Of a DNA stretch of 64,000 nt, positions 1 to 11,700 are shown piece by piece. Both the position numbers and the translations under genes were made by a program. The notes beneath the pieces were generated by a model, which saw only the letters and a list, made by a program, of their open reading frames with translations, was not told the origin of the DNA and did not search any database. Source of the stretch: Octopus sinensis (Eukaryota); the NCBI RefSeq assembly GCF_006345805.1, contig NC_043021.1, positions 1,054,001 through 1,118,000 on the forward strand, in the 5' to 3' direction. Within the stretch, counting starts at the first letter, position 1; each line of letters starts with the position of its first letter.

Positions 1-263
1 GGTTTTCGTTTCAGTCCCAATGCACAGCCTCTTTGGCAAATGTCTTCTTCTATATTCCCCATCTGACCAGTGTGGATAAACGATTGGTTCCCTCTTTCAT
101 TTTCCTCATTATAATCACTGACAATTTCTTTTTATGACAATGTTCTTCATTTTATTTTTGAATTCTTGGGAGATATTTCGATTCTAGTTGAACAAACTTT
201 CTCTTCAGTTGCTGTTAATACCAAATGACAGAATTTAGTTTATTAATAAAATTTAAGAAATAC

Positions 264-605
264 TCGATCATACTCATTGACTATATTTATCCTGTTTTGG
301 TCATTGCACTGTGGCCATGCTTGGGCACAACCACAGCAGATTCTCATCATACAAATCTAGTCCAGTACTTATTCTATCAGTCTCTTTTGATGAATTACTA
401 AGTTAGGTGTGTAAACAAACTAACACTGGTTGTCAAGTTATGTGAGGAGACAAACACTTATAGCAGGCTTCCACATAGTTTCCATTACAAGGCATCGATT
501 GGCCTGGGGCTACAATCGTAGACACTTGGCTCAGGTGCAATGCAATGGAAATGAGCCTGATACCATGTGGATAGAAAGCAAGTTTCTTAACTACACGGCC
601 ATGCT
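264..605 (-). mobile_element. tRNA-derived SINE family A, degenerate copy
   Basis: Colinear similarity to 57001-57394. Confidence 0.65.
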
Positions 606-1064
606 TGACTATTTCTTGTTTTGTCGGGAGGGACCATGCCTATGAGCCTTCACAGGGCCATCCATACTGGTGGGAGGGAGGAGGACTAGAGTCCTGGTCT
701 AACCCTTTGCAACAGTGTCAGGTGGTGGGGATGGTGTTAAACTGGGCAACGTAGGCCTTAGTTGGATTTGAACTCAGAACACAAAGAGAAGGAATAAATA
801 CCACAAGGCATCTAGTCTGACGTTCTCACATTTTGTTTCAATCGATTTTGCAAATAAAGAATTTAAAAAACTAAGTTTCCTTATTAAGCTGGTGTTTAAG
901 GCAGCAAGCTGGCGGAATCATTAGCAGACTGGGTGAAGGGCTTAGCGGCATTTCTTCCTCAGATTCTGCTGAGATCAACTTTTGTCTTTCATTCTTTGAT
1001 CAAATGACTATCAGTCAAGCACCAGGATTGATGTAAGTCAGAAATAAAGAAAACATTTTAAATG

Positions 1065-1270
1065 TTTTTGTTTTTTTTCTGGGGTTTATTGTTTATTGAT
1101 GCATAAAATTGAACATGTTCACCAAACATTGTGAACATATTATTCAGGAACAAGTAGATTTAGTATATTGAAAGAAAATTTCATATCTTGTGTGAAAGAG
1201 AGAGAAAGAGAAACTAGTATTTTTGATTTCCACTTTCAAAATGTATGTGATCAACTTGCATGAACTTCAG

Positions 1271-1347
<77 letters not shown>

Positions 1348-3300
1348 TACACACACACACTCACCGAAGAAATGACTAGAGACCAAGACCTTTGGAAGTA
1401 TGCTGTGCATGAGAAGACCCGGCACAACAAGTGAGACCATAACCCATGGCCTCTACCTGGGATGTAGCCAGTCCACTTATGCATACGTTTCCTTCTGGGG
1501 ACACAAAACTCTACTTGTAAAGACCTGTTGAGGCAAGTGAAAATCAAAATCAAAATCGATCAACATCAATGGAAATTGCAGCTGTGATACCAGTGCCAGT
1601 GGCATGTAAGAGAACCATCCGAACGTGGCCGTTGCCAGTGCCACCCCGACTGGCCTCCGTGCCGGTGGCACATAAAAAGCACCATCCGATCGTGGCCGTT
1701 TGCCAGCCTCGTCTGGCACATAAAAAGCACCCACTACACTCATGGAGTGGTTGGCGTTAGGAAGGGCATCCAGCCGTAGAAACATTGCCTGATCAGACTG
1801 GGCCTGGTGCTGCCTTCTGGCTTCTCAGACCCCAGTTGAACCGTTGAACCCATGCTAGCATGGAAAGCGGACGCTAAACGATGATGATAATATGTGTAAC
1901 TATATTTTACAATTTGGGTGGGCGATGTCCTTTACTTATATTGAGTAATATCTCACCCTCAGATCAAAGGTACAAATAAAGAATCCCAGCAGAACAAATC
2001 GATATATCCAGGAACCAATACCTTACAATTACAAGATGCCACACTTTGTTACTTTGCTAACATGCAATTTGTCCATTATAGAAAAGCCAGTTGAGAATAG
2101 GATTTCTGCCACAACATCCAGCATGGCTTTCGTTGTGTCAATGGATCAGGTCTTTTCTTTAAGATAACCGGAACATTGATCCGTTTTTGACTGAAATGGT
2201 TAGATATCTGTAGCTGAGCCGACATTTTGCCATTTAGACTTTTCTTAGTCCATCGAACATGTCCAGTGAGATGCAGTAAACTCCCTGCAAAGCAAGAGAG
2301 AGAGATTATAGTCATTAAATGAAACTAATACAGTGTTTTTCATTGTGTAAGGATTTTAGACACCAAACTCTTTGATTCCTCTGCTGTGGTATATATATCT
2401 GTGTGTATATATTTATATATAAAGCACTCTTAGTTGTGTACAGAATAATATAAAAAGAAAGATTAGTCAAAACTAATGATGTTTATTTTAAAAACAAAAA
2501 AAATTCCTTGAATGTTTTCTAAGGAAATGAAATCCTTTTTAAATCATTGCTTCTGATTAAAAGACCCTATGGAGGATGTACCTAAGGACTCTACCCCAAC
2601 CGCCCTCTCAAGAGTAGTGGATGGAGGTAGCAGGATTTTATTTAATTTCCTTTGGAAAATTCAGATTTATTTTATATGTGCAAATAAACCAAGGAACAAT
2701 ATCAGCACTGGTACTTATTCTATTGGACTCTTTTGCCAAACTGCTAAGTTCTGGGAACATCAATACCCCAATACCAGTTATCAAGCAGTGGTGTGGGACA
2801 CACACACATATATATATGACAGGTTTCTTTCAGTTTCCATCTACCAAATCCACTCACAAGGCTTTGGTTGACCTGATGTTATAGCAGAAGGCACTTGCCC
2901 AAGTTACCATGCAGTAGGACTGAACCTGGAACCATTAAGGATCGAATGATATAAGAAATATGCTGACCTGTGTTAAATTGTGAAATCAGGAATAAAAGAA
3001 GGGTTTGATAAAATAATTGTTGATTATTAGAAGAGAGAGAGAGATGTAAAGGGGAGAGAAAGAGAAATGGGAGGGAGTGGGAGACAGGGACAAAGAGTGT
3101 CGGAGGGGTAGGGTTTAGGGGTTAATAAAATAAATACGAGATGAACTCTGAGGTCAATGTAATAGACTTACCCTCCTTTCACAAAATTGCTGCCGTTGTG
3201 GCAACATTTGGAACCATTATTAACAAAACAGTTGTCTTTAAAATCCATTTTACTTTATTCCTTCTCAAAATCTTGATTCGTTCTCAGACAATTGAGATAA
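1065..3300 (-). ncRNA. Putative spliced minus-strand transcript with no long ORF (last three exons)
   Basis: Candidate exons 3300-3172 (TACAG / GTAAGT), 2284-1957 (CTCTCTTGCTTTGCAG / GTGAGA) and a terminal exon from 1186 (long pyrimidine tract + AAG) with AATAAA at 1097-1092 and 1090-1085. All frames are interrupted by stops. Based on splice-site patterns only. Confidence 0.4.
1370..1890 (+). mobile_element. 3' tail of RTE-family LINE (SINE-like truncated copy)
   Basis: Shares GGCACATAAAAAGCACC subrepeats and the GGAGTGGTTGGCGTTAGGAAGGGCATCCAGC...GCTAAACGATGATGAT end with copies joined to RTE coding sequence elsewhere in the window. Confidence 0.75.
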
Positions 3301-3542
3301 CTGTATATTATTATTTTAAAAACAATTATGGAAATTTAGATTTTAAAGCAGAAAATTTAATGATTTTTTAAAACATTTACCTGTAAATCACCTTTTGATT
3401 TCTAACATTTTCAATATTAATCAATATATTGATGTTAGACACACATCGAAGTCCATGTTTACTTACACGTTGCATTAAAGGTTAATTAGGTATAAATTAA
3501 ACACCTTAATTTGCGAAAATGAACTAAGTATTTGTAATTGCA

Positions 3543-4128
3543 CCCATGCCAACCTCCCTTCATTGGACACTAAACTCTGCTTGCGAAGACCTGTTGGGGC
3601 AAGTGAAATCGGAATCAAAATTGAACCAATCCTATGACTGGCACTCGGCAGTTGCCAGGACCGCTGGACTGACTCCTGTGCAGGTGGCAAGTGAAGAAAT
3701 ACCATTCGACCCTGTGCTTGAGGAGATCCATTGAGTCAAGTACACCGACATCAAAATCATTGGAAACTGCAGTTGTGATCCCTGTGCCGGTGGCACGTAA
3801 AAAGCGCTACCCGAATCGTGGCCGATGCCAGCATCGCCACGACTGGCTTCCATGCCGGTGGCACGTAAAAAGCACCATCCAAATCGTGGCCGATGCCAGT
3901 GCCGCTTCGACAGGCTTCCATGCCGGTGGCACGTAAAATGCACCAATCCGACTGTGGCCGTTGCCAGCCTCGCCTGGCACGGAGTGGTTGGCGTTAGGAA
4001 GGGCATCCGGCTGTAGAAACACTGCCAGATCAGACTGGAGCCTGGTGCAGCCTTCTGGCTTCCCAGATCCCTGGCCGAACCGTCCAACCCATGCTAGCAT
4101 GGAGAACGGACGTTAAACGATGATGATG
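3543..4128 (+). mobile_element. RTE LINE 3' tail copy with three 68-bp internal subrepeats
   Basis: TGCCGGTGGCACGTAAAA at 3785, 3853 and 3921; (GAT)n tail abutting the CR1 3' end. Confidence 0.78.
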
Positions 4129-4130
4129 TA

Positions 4131-5664
4131 ATTACCTTCTAATTTCCTATTAGTTAGTTAGTTAATTTGGCTCAAAAGCAAGTAGCAAGGCCATGTAGGG
4201 GGACATGGAGTTAAGTACAGGGTGGTGTTCATGTAAAGAGTTCAGGCCACTTGAGGTCCAGGGAGGCTTTGAACAAAGCGGTCGTCGGCATCTTCACCAT
4301 CTCGTCTGGCAGCTTGTTCCACGGATCCGCAACCCGGACGGAGAAAGCTCCTCTCCTTCGATTGAGATGAAATCGTCGCAGGTAGAGCTTTTCGGAATGA
4401 CCCCGCAGCCGACGCTCTGGAGCAGGAGTGAAGAACAGCTCTTTCGAGAGGTTACACTTTCCGCTTATGATGTTGTGGGCGAGAATGAGATCACTACGGC
4501 GGCGGCGTTTTTCAAGAGAATAAAGGTCGAGCGTCCTCAGCCTTTCTTCGTAGGACAAATTTTTGAGACCATGAACCATGCGGGTAGCCAGCTTCTGGAC
4601 TCTTTCGAGATGCTGTATGTCTTTGAGGAGATAAGGAGAAGAGGCTTGAATCCCATACTCCAATATGGGTCTCACCAGCGTGACATAGAGTGGTAGGAAT
4701 ATGGCTGCTGTGAGCATTCCGAATGACCGTTGAATCAAGAACAGAATTCCGCGTGCTTTGTTGGCAGCATGGACGCACTGGGCCGAAGGCGAAAAGGAGG
4801 AATCCACCAAGATACCTAGGTCCTTTACCTGATCGGTCCGCTCCAGCAGCAGACGACCCGGCTCGAAATCAAGTTGAGTTGCAGGAGTAGAGCCGACAGG
4901 CAGATGACAGCACTTTGACACGTTCAGACACAGGTCCCAATCGTTAGACCACTTCCAAATTTGGTGGAGGCATCGACGAAGATCCTCTATATTACCACGA
5001 GGAGCGACCAGTTTGATATCGTCGGCAAATAGAAGGGTGTGTTGCATGAGGTCGTCGGGCAAGTCATTTATGAAGACTAAGAACAACAAGGGCCCAAGCA
5101 CTGAACCTTGAGGCACGCCACTGCTCGCACTGGAGACGTTGGACCACGAACCATTAACTTGGACTTGGAAGGAGCGATCTGAGAGGAAGGCACCAACCCA
5201 TCGTACAATATCCGGATGGAAACTATATGCTTGAAGCTTGACAAGTAATAGGCGGTGGTTTACCGAGTCAAAAGCTTTGGCAAAGTCCAGTAAAACGATG
5301 TCAACAGCATCACTATCATCAAGGATGCGCGTCACCAATTCTTCCATTACTAGTAAGTTGGTCAAGCATGATCTCTTCGGCACGAAGCCGTGTTGGGAAT
5401 CAGAGATAGAGGCTGTGTTTAGGAGGTGGAGCATCATACTTTTCTTAAGGATGGTTTCGAACATCTTGCTGATTATTGATGTAAGGGAAACCGGTCGGTA
5501 GTTAAGCGGGTCTTCGCGGCTCCCTTTCTTGAAAATTGGGCAGATTATCGCTGTTCTCCAGTCTGCAGGTATAACACCCGTCGCCAATGACATATTGAAT
5601 AGTCGTGTTAAGGGCTCGCAGATGACCGGAGCCAACGCTTTGATAACCCGTGGGTGTATGCCGT
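4131..5664 (-). mobile_element. 5'-truncated CR1-clade LINE with uninterrupted RT and C-terminal frame
   Basis: Open frame 5707-4229 with WRTAIICPIFKKG, NYRPVSLTS, QHGF, LDFAKAFD, PQGSVLGP, FADD, RPILEY, LRGH and WNKLP motifs; no endonuclease domain. Short 3'UTR with TAAC repeats; 5' junction inside a TATG microsatellite. Confidence 0.92.
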
Positions 5665-6231
5665 GTATGTATGTGTATGTTTGTGTATGTATGTGTATTG
5701 TTTTCACAGGTGTAAAATAATTAAATATTGGTGAACTTGTTGAACCTGTCTATAACCAACAAAAAAGGTTCACATAGAAACAAACTACTACATTCTTTCC
5801 ACAACTTACAAAGAAATCATCATTTGATATTAGTGATTACTAAGATTAATTAAACCGAATTAATTATAGTTTTATTGTAGACGTAGAATAGAGCACAACT
5901 AGGAAATTTTGTGCACATTTACGGATTCTACATGTTTATAATATAAATAATACTTTGTTTCATTGAAAAAGTAATTTTTTGCTCAATTAAAACTTTATTA
6001 ACCTGTAATTATTACTAATACTAACTCTCTTGCATTATTATCTTTCTACTTTTATAAGAAGAGGGGTGACAGCAACTTCAAAGTTTCAGACACTGACCTG
6101 TCCATCCCATTGCTTGATGTCCCTTGTCTAACTGCTGAACAATGACCTTGCGATCAGGTTTTAACAAACTGCCTTAACTCGGAACAGCACAACAGGTTAG
6201 TGTTTACAGTACGGCAGCAGTCTCTTGATCA

Positions 6232-7270
6232 ATCATCATCATCATCGTTTAACATCTGTTTTCCATGCTGGCATGGGTTGGACAGTTCGACTGGGGTCTG
6301 GGAAACCAGGAGGCTGCACCAGGCTCCAGTCTGGCAGTGTTTCTACAGCTGGATGCCCTTCCTAACGCCAACCACTCCGTGAGTATAGTGGGTACTTTTT
6401 ACATGCCACTGGCACAGGGGCCAGAGGAGGCTGGCAACGGCCACGATTGGTTGGTGCTTTTTACATGCCACTGGCATGGATGCCAGTCAAGACAGCGCTG
6501 GCATCAGCCACGTTCGGATGGTGCTTTTTACGTGCCACTGGCACAGGGGCCAGAGGAGGCTGGCAACGGCCACGATTGGTTGGTGCTTTTTACGTGCCAC
6601 TGGCACAGGGATCACAACCACAATTTTCATTTTGATGTTGATGCACTTGACTCAATAGGTCTTCTCAAGCACAGCAGGTCACTCTACGGTCCAAGGTACT
6701 TTTGGATGGGCTGGGGCTGGTTATGTGAAACTGGTGTAGGATAGTCGTGAACTCACTTTATTTGCTGGGTCTTCACAGTCACAGCATATCTCCAGAGGTC
6801 TTGGTCTTTCGTCATTGCCTCTATGAGGCCCAATGTTCAAAGGTCATGCTTTACTACCTCATCCCAATGTCTTCCTGGGTCTACCTCTACCCCGGATTCC
6901 TTCAACTGTTTGAGAGTGGCACTTCACACTGCTCTCCTCATCCATCCGCAGTACATGACCATACCAGTGCAAACGTCTCTCCTGCATGCCACATCCAATG
7001 CTTCTTATGTCCAACATTCCTCTCAGGGCGCTTACACTCTGTCGTGTGTGCACACTGACATTACACATCTAGCGGATCATGCTAGCTTCATTTCTTTCAA
7101 GCCTATGCATGTCCTCTGCAGTCACAGCCCATGTTTCACTACCATGAAGCATGGCAGTTTACACGTATGCATCATACAATCTACCTTTCACTCTGAGTGA
7201 GAGGCTCTTTGTCACCAGTAGGGGCAGAAACTTTCTTAACTTTGCCCAGGCTATTCTTATTCTAGTGATA
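6232..7270 (-). mobile_element. 5'-truncated RTE LINE (RT C-terminus plus 3' tail)
   Basis: Minus frame ERRLHWYGHVLRMDEES...GRGRPRKT continuing into the family 3' tail ending in (GAT)n. Confidence 0.8.
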
Positions 7271-7941
7271 ACACTCTCAGAGCATCACACTATATATAAA
7301 AATAGCATGTATTTATGTATGTACTCACACGTCTACACACATAAGTACACCATGATCTATACACACACAGATGAAGGTTGATTCATATGCAAAAGAAAGT
7401 GAACAAAATGAAATCCTTATAGAAAATATTGCATAGAATTCAAGTGTTTTCAGCGTCTTTCAATGATGGCAGGTGAATCAAACGTACTGTAGTTCGTTGT
7501 GGGATATAAATAATGAACATTTGGTTATTGGGAAATTTTTAAGTTTGATTAAAATTTTTTTTTTTTAAGTATCACCATTGTAGGTTTTATGCTCCAGTGA
7601 AAATAGGAAATCCCTGCATAAAGAAACAAAACTCTCAAACCCATCGCTGTACTCGCACACACGCACTCCGAAAGGGAAAAAGGCATCTAAGCCAAAAGTC
7701 AGGTTACCCATGATTTTTTATGGAGTTTTTCCAAGAGCAGCCCTTGAACGTCTCCCTTTTCTTGAGGGTTACACATTGTTGATTTCTTTCTTTCTTCCTT
7801 TTTTAAAAAAAATTTTTGTTCATCTTGTTTACATGCAAAACCCTCACAACACACACACACACACACACACACATTCTTTGTTTTGTCCTGTACTGTCCAT
7901 AATGTTTTTCTTAATGTAGACCCTTGTGGTTAATAAAGAAA

Positions 7942-7975
<34 letters not shown>

Positions 7976-8065
7976 TTTTATAGCTTCTGAATCTCATGTC
8001 CAAAACACAAATAACCCGAAACCTTTATATTAAGAAAAAAAATGCTAGATTGAGTTTGAAATATA

Positions 8066-8484
8066 GGCAAGACCTCCGTCCGCCCCCCCCCCCTCCCACC
8101 ATCCGTTAAAATTTTTTTTTTTTTGGGACACAAACCCCACTTTTCGGCTTCGGGGAATATGAATCTGCAAAAAAAAAAAAAAATGGCAAAAATCGGCATT
8201 TTAACCCCCCTCCCCATTTCCCTCATTAAAATTTTTTTTTCAAAATATGCAGAAAAATACGGAGATAATAATTCTGAAAAAAATTTCCAAACATTTCTGT
8301 AGTTATGGTTAGGGTTAGTGTTGGTGAAAAAAGTCAAAATTGAAGAATTTGTGGGGGAAAGGGGGTGGAATTTAACGATGCCGATTTTTGGCAATTTTCC
8401 AGTACCTCCGTTTGGGCAAAAAAAATTCTTTTAATAAACAAATTTAGGAGAAAATGGGGGTGGGTGGACGGGCGGAAGTCTTCC
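8066..8484. mobile_element. Foldback MITE immediately upstream of the TATDN3 promoter
   Basis: Imperfect TIRs GGCAAGACCTCCG / CGGAAGTCTTCC; nested perfect inverted 12-mer AAAAATCGGCAT 8188-8199 / ATGCCGATTTTT 8378-8389; flanks GAAATATA and AAAATATC (6/8 identical, possible TSD). Confidence 0.65.
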
Positions 8485-8599
8485 AAAATATCTGCGCTGT
8501 AACAGCTGCCCTTAGCCGCCCCTGCAAAAAACGAAGATCAGACTTCACCGCATGAGATTTGAACTCAGAACATCAACTAAATATTGAAATGTGTTTCTC

Positions 8600-8663
8600 C
8601 TGCGCTCAACCGGTTCAGCCAATCCGACCGCAATACGTCACTCACGTGATTACTCCCGCCAAC
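8600..8663 (+). promoter_or_regulatory. TATDN3 proximal promoter/5'UTR, TATA-less housekeeping type
   Basis: CpG-containing unique sequence with CCAAT 8619-8623, TACGTCA 8634-8640, E-box CACGTG 8643-8648 and GC box CCCGCC 8655-8660 just before the ATG. Motif function is inferred. Confidence 0.6.
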
Positions 8664-8732
8664 ATGGCTGGCGACCCTTCTTTGTTCTGTATCGATGCTC
8701 ATTGTCATCTGGCAGACTCGCAGTTTACCAAT
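8664..8732 (+). CDS. TATDN3: TATDN3 exon 1 ([23 protein letters not shown])
   Basis: ATG in AACATGG context, HxH metal motif, donor GTAAGA at 8733. Confidence 0.93.
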
Positions 8733-11700
8733 GTAAGAACATTATGACATCTGTAATAATTTAGGGAAGGATTTAAATATTTACAGATAGATTTCCTGAT
8801 TTATAACCTAAAGATAGGAAAGAGGTTTTTAAACGATTGCTTTCCATCAGTTTTTACTTTTCTTTCCATTCTATGGAAAATAAATCCCAGTCATATACTT
8901 AGGTCTGTTTAATAAACGATTCTACTTTCTCGTACCAAGATTTATTTGGATTCATTTTGCTTTGTTAAAATATTCCGCTCTTAGACGTAACTTTCCATTC
9001 ATTGAAGTTGACAAGGAATTCCCGACGCGCCAAATTGATTTAATTGTTCTCCCCATCTCACTATTATTTCACTGCATGCTTTAAATACTTCTAAATATCG
9101 ACGAGGAATGAAAATGGAGACACTATATTGTAGAAATATTCAGGCAATCCTACTTGTTATAACCTTTTTTCTATTCTTCTAAAGCCGGTCATAATTTTAT
9201 GATAGTACTTTTTCAGCGTACACCGCTTCCTTTGTTTTGCTCCTTTTTAGAATTTTAATAAGTCATTCCACCCTTGGTACTCCTGGGTTTTAACCCCTAG
9301 TGAACCCTGTACTACATTATCCAGTGCCCCCCACTTTTTTTTTTATGATGTGTGTGATTTAAATGATGAAAAACTTTTACCTCCCACACAAGTCCAGCGG
9401 CATTTACACAGCTGGTTTCCCATTCTGTGTAATTGTATTGTTTTATTGCTGTTTAGCCCTGGGTCGCTGATAACCGAATAGAATTATGATCAAAAGTATT
9501 TCAGTCGTGATCATCTCATCTTTTTGTATATTCATGACTACGTTGTCTAAACCATTTTAAAGAAAATATTGCGTGATTTGAGGGAAATCTAGCTGCTATT
9601 TCTAGCAAATCGTGCGATCACAGTCATTTCTACCCACATAGTCTTATAATCCTAATTGCTTTGCTAACTGGAAAGTGTCTGAAATCTTTGGAAACCATAA
9701 TATACCTGATTGTCATTGAAGGCCGTGCTTCAGTATAGTCGAGGAATTTCAACCATGTTTCGTGGTCTGCTACCACAACAGCTCCTTTATAGGATCCAGT
9801 TAGCTCAAGACATCATCAGGAGGAACCACGTCCAGTTTCGGCCCCTACTCCTCTACCGTTTTGACGTGGTGTCCCCCCACCCTTCGGAGGTGTCTTCAGC
9901 TCTGGTGTTGAGTGCATGTCTTCTTTCTCCTTCTTCTGTTCCCTGGCCTCTTCGATATAGTGTCGACGGGCGACTGACTGTCTTGTCAAATTTCCCTTTT
10001 CACTAACCCTAAAACAAACTAAAGAATTTTAAAATGTTCAGATTTAACATGCAGGAATTATAATGGCTGTTGGAAAGAAATAAAAATTATAAATTGAAAT
10101 AAAAAAACAAAAAGCCCCAAAAGCTTGCAATTTTGAATGGAAAAATAGCAGCCAAATCCCCCTCACATCACACAGCCTAGCATCTTGAGAAGTGAAAGAC
10201 ATTCGTTAATATTGTCTTTTATACTATATATTTGAAAGCAAGATAGGATGGTCATGACTGGAATGTCTTTGATCATATATCTGCTCAGTCATATTAAAGT
10301 GAGAAGCCAGCTTGTTGAGTAAAAGAGCTACATGTTGATATATGCACATTTATCTACCTATACACCTATGTGAAAAGATCAGTGAAAGAACCTACACACA
10401 CCCAGGTAATTAAAGGTAGATGTAGATATATTTACGTTCATTTATGCAGGAACATTCAGCCATACTTCGATAGCAGCTGCACATTTTGTTCAGTTGTTGT
10501 TCTGCACAGTATCTTGGAAATGTCTTCTACCATAACATTGAGCTTTATGCATGATGTTGTGTGGGGGTTTGTTAGAATGGACTCTTCCTCATCCTGGATG
10601 TAAACTTAATCTGTTTGTCAGTTTAACACCTCACTATGACTCTTGGATAACTTCCTTAGAGTATATTCCGTTGCAAGCAATCACATCTCTCTGAGAATAA
10701 CTTCTACCCCCTCCCCCCATCCACCAGTTTAGGATGCCCTAAAAATAAATGGTCATGGTTGGATAAGATTTGATGGCTTTAACTTCAGAAACAGAGTTGC
10801 TAAGTTACTTTGGGGAGATATGTAAGGAATAATTGTTTATTGTATGGAACCATGTCAACAGAAGAATAAATATGAAAAGTTCACAAATAGAGAAGCCAAA
10901 AGTTAAAGAGAGAAATCTATAGGCATTAGACATCCTATTACATAAAATTCTGATTCATTTTTACGCTTTTTTTGTCTTTTATACAAACTGAAATTACATG
11001 AATAAAATATCTATCAGCAGGTTGACAAATATCCATGTTATGTAGATGTATTTATAGAAAGGAGAGAGGACAGTTGATTTAATTATTTGTATATATGTTA
11101 CTAACCCTGGTGAACTGAAAGAACTAAAGAAGATGAAATTACTGTAAAAGTCTTCATTTGTCCTCTGTGTTGGCCATTATAACCATTTATTGTTAAGTCA
11201 AACATGATTTCTGGGGGGACTTTAAATGTAGCATTGTATTAAGATATTGGAGTGTTATCCTGAAAGTGTGAGTTCATTTCTCACCTAGTTCTCAATAGTT
11301 TGTGTCTTTGCAGTGGTTATGAGGTTCAGTTTATATTGAGGGTTATAATAAACTACTGTATTTTGTGTGAAGAATTTCAAATCTGTTTATTTTAAGTGAG
11401 TGCATCCTTTGAGTTGAATTGGCAAGGGTTAGGGTATTGATACTTGGCTAAAACCAAATTACTTGTACAAACTCCTTTAAGAATAGGTCTGAATATTTTT
11501 AAATGTCATTCTATCTCTAACAAGTAATAAATTGATAAAATACAAAGCATAAGGGGTCTAGTGTGGTGTGCTATTTATGATAGCTTTCAAATGATTCTGT
11601 TATCACACTCTGAATTTATTAATAAAATCTATTTTTATTATTGCAGGACATTGAATCAGTTATAGAAAGGGCATTAAAGGTTAGTTGATAATCAATCTCT

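Noticed and set aside
2474-2640. Possible snoRNA (ATGATG...CTGA, and a hairpin followed by ACA)
   Set aside because: C box is imperfect with no terminal stem and is on the wrong strand for the putative host; the ACA spacing does not fit H/ACA rules.
3785-3960. Regularly spaced direct repeats resembling a CRISPR array
   Set aside because: Spacers are homologous to each other, the unit is part of a dispersed LINE tail, the DNA is eukaryotic and there are no cas genes.
5665-5707. N-terminal Met and first residues of the 492-aa ORF
   Set aside because: The start codon is GTG in flanking microsatellite DNA; LINE homology begins at about 5664 and the first ATG is at 5593.
6059-6195. Plus-strand exon with good splice sites
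   Set aside because: Stops in all three frames and no partner exons identified; kept only as a caveat to the minus-strand transcript model.
1-8600. NSL1 orthologue head-to-head with TATDN3, as recalled for human
   Set aside because: No coding exons with recognisable similarity were found.
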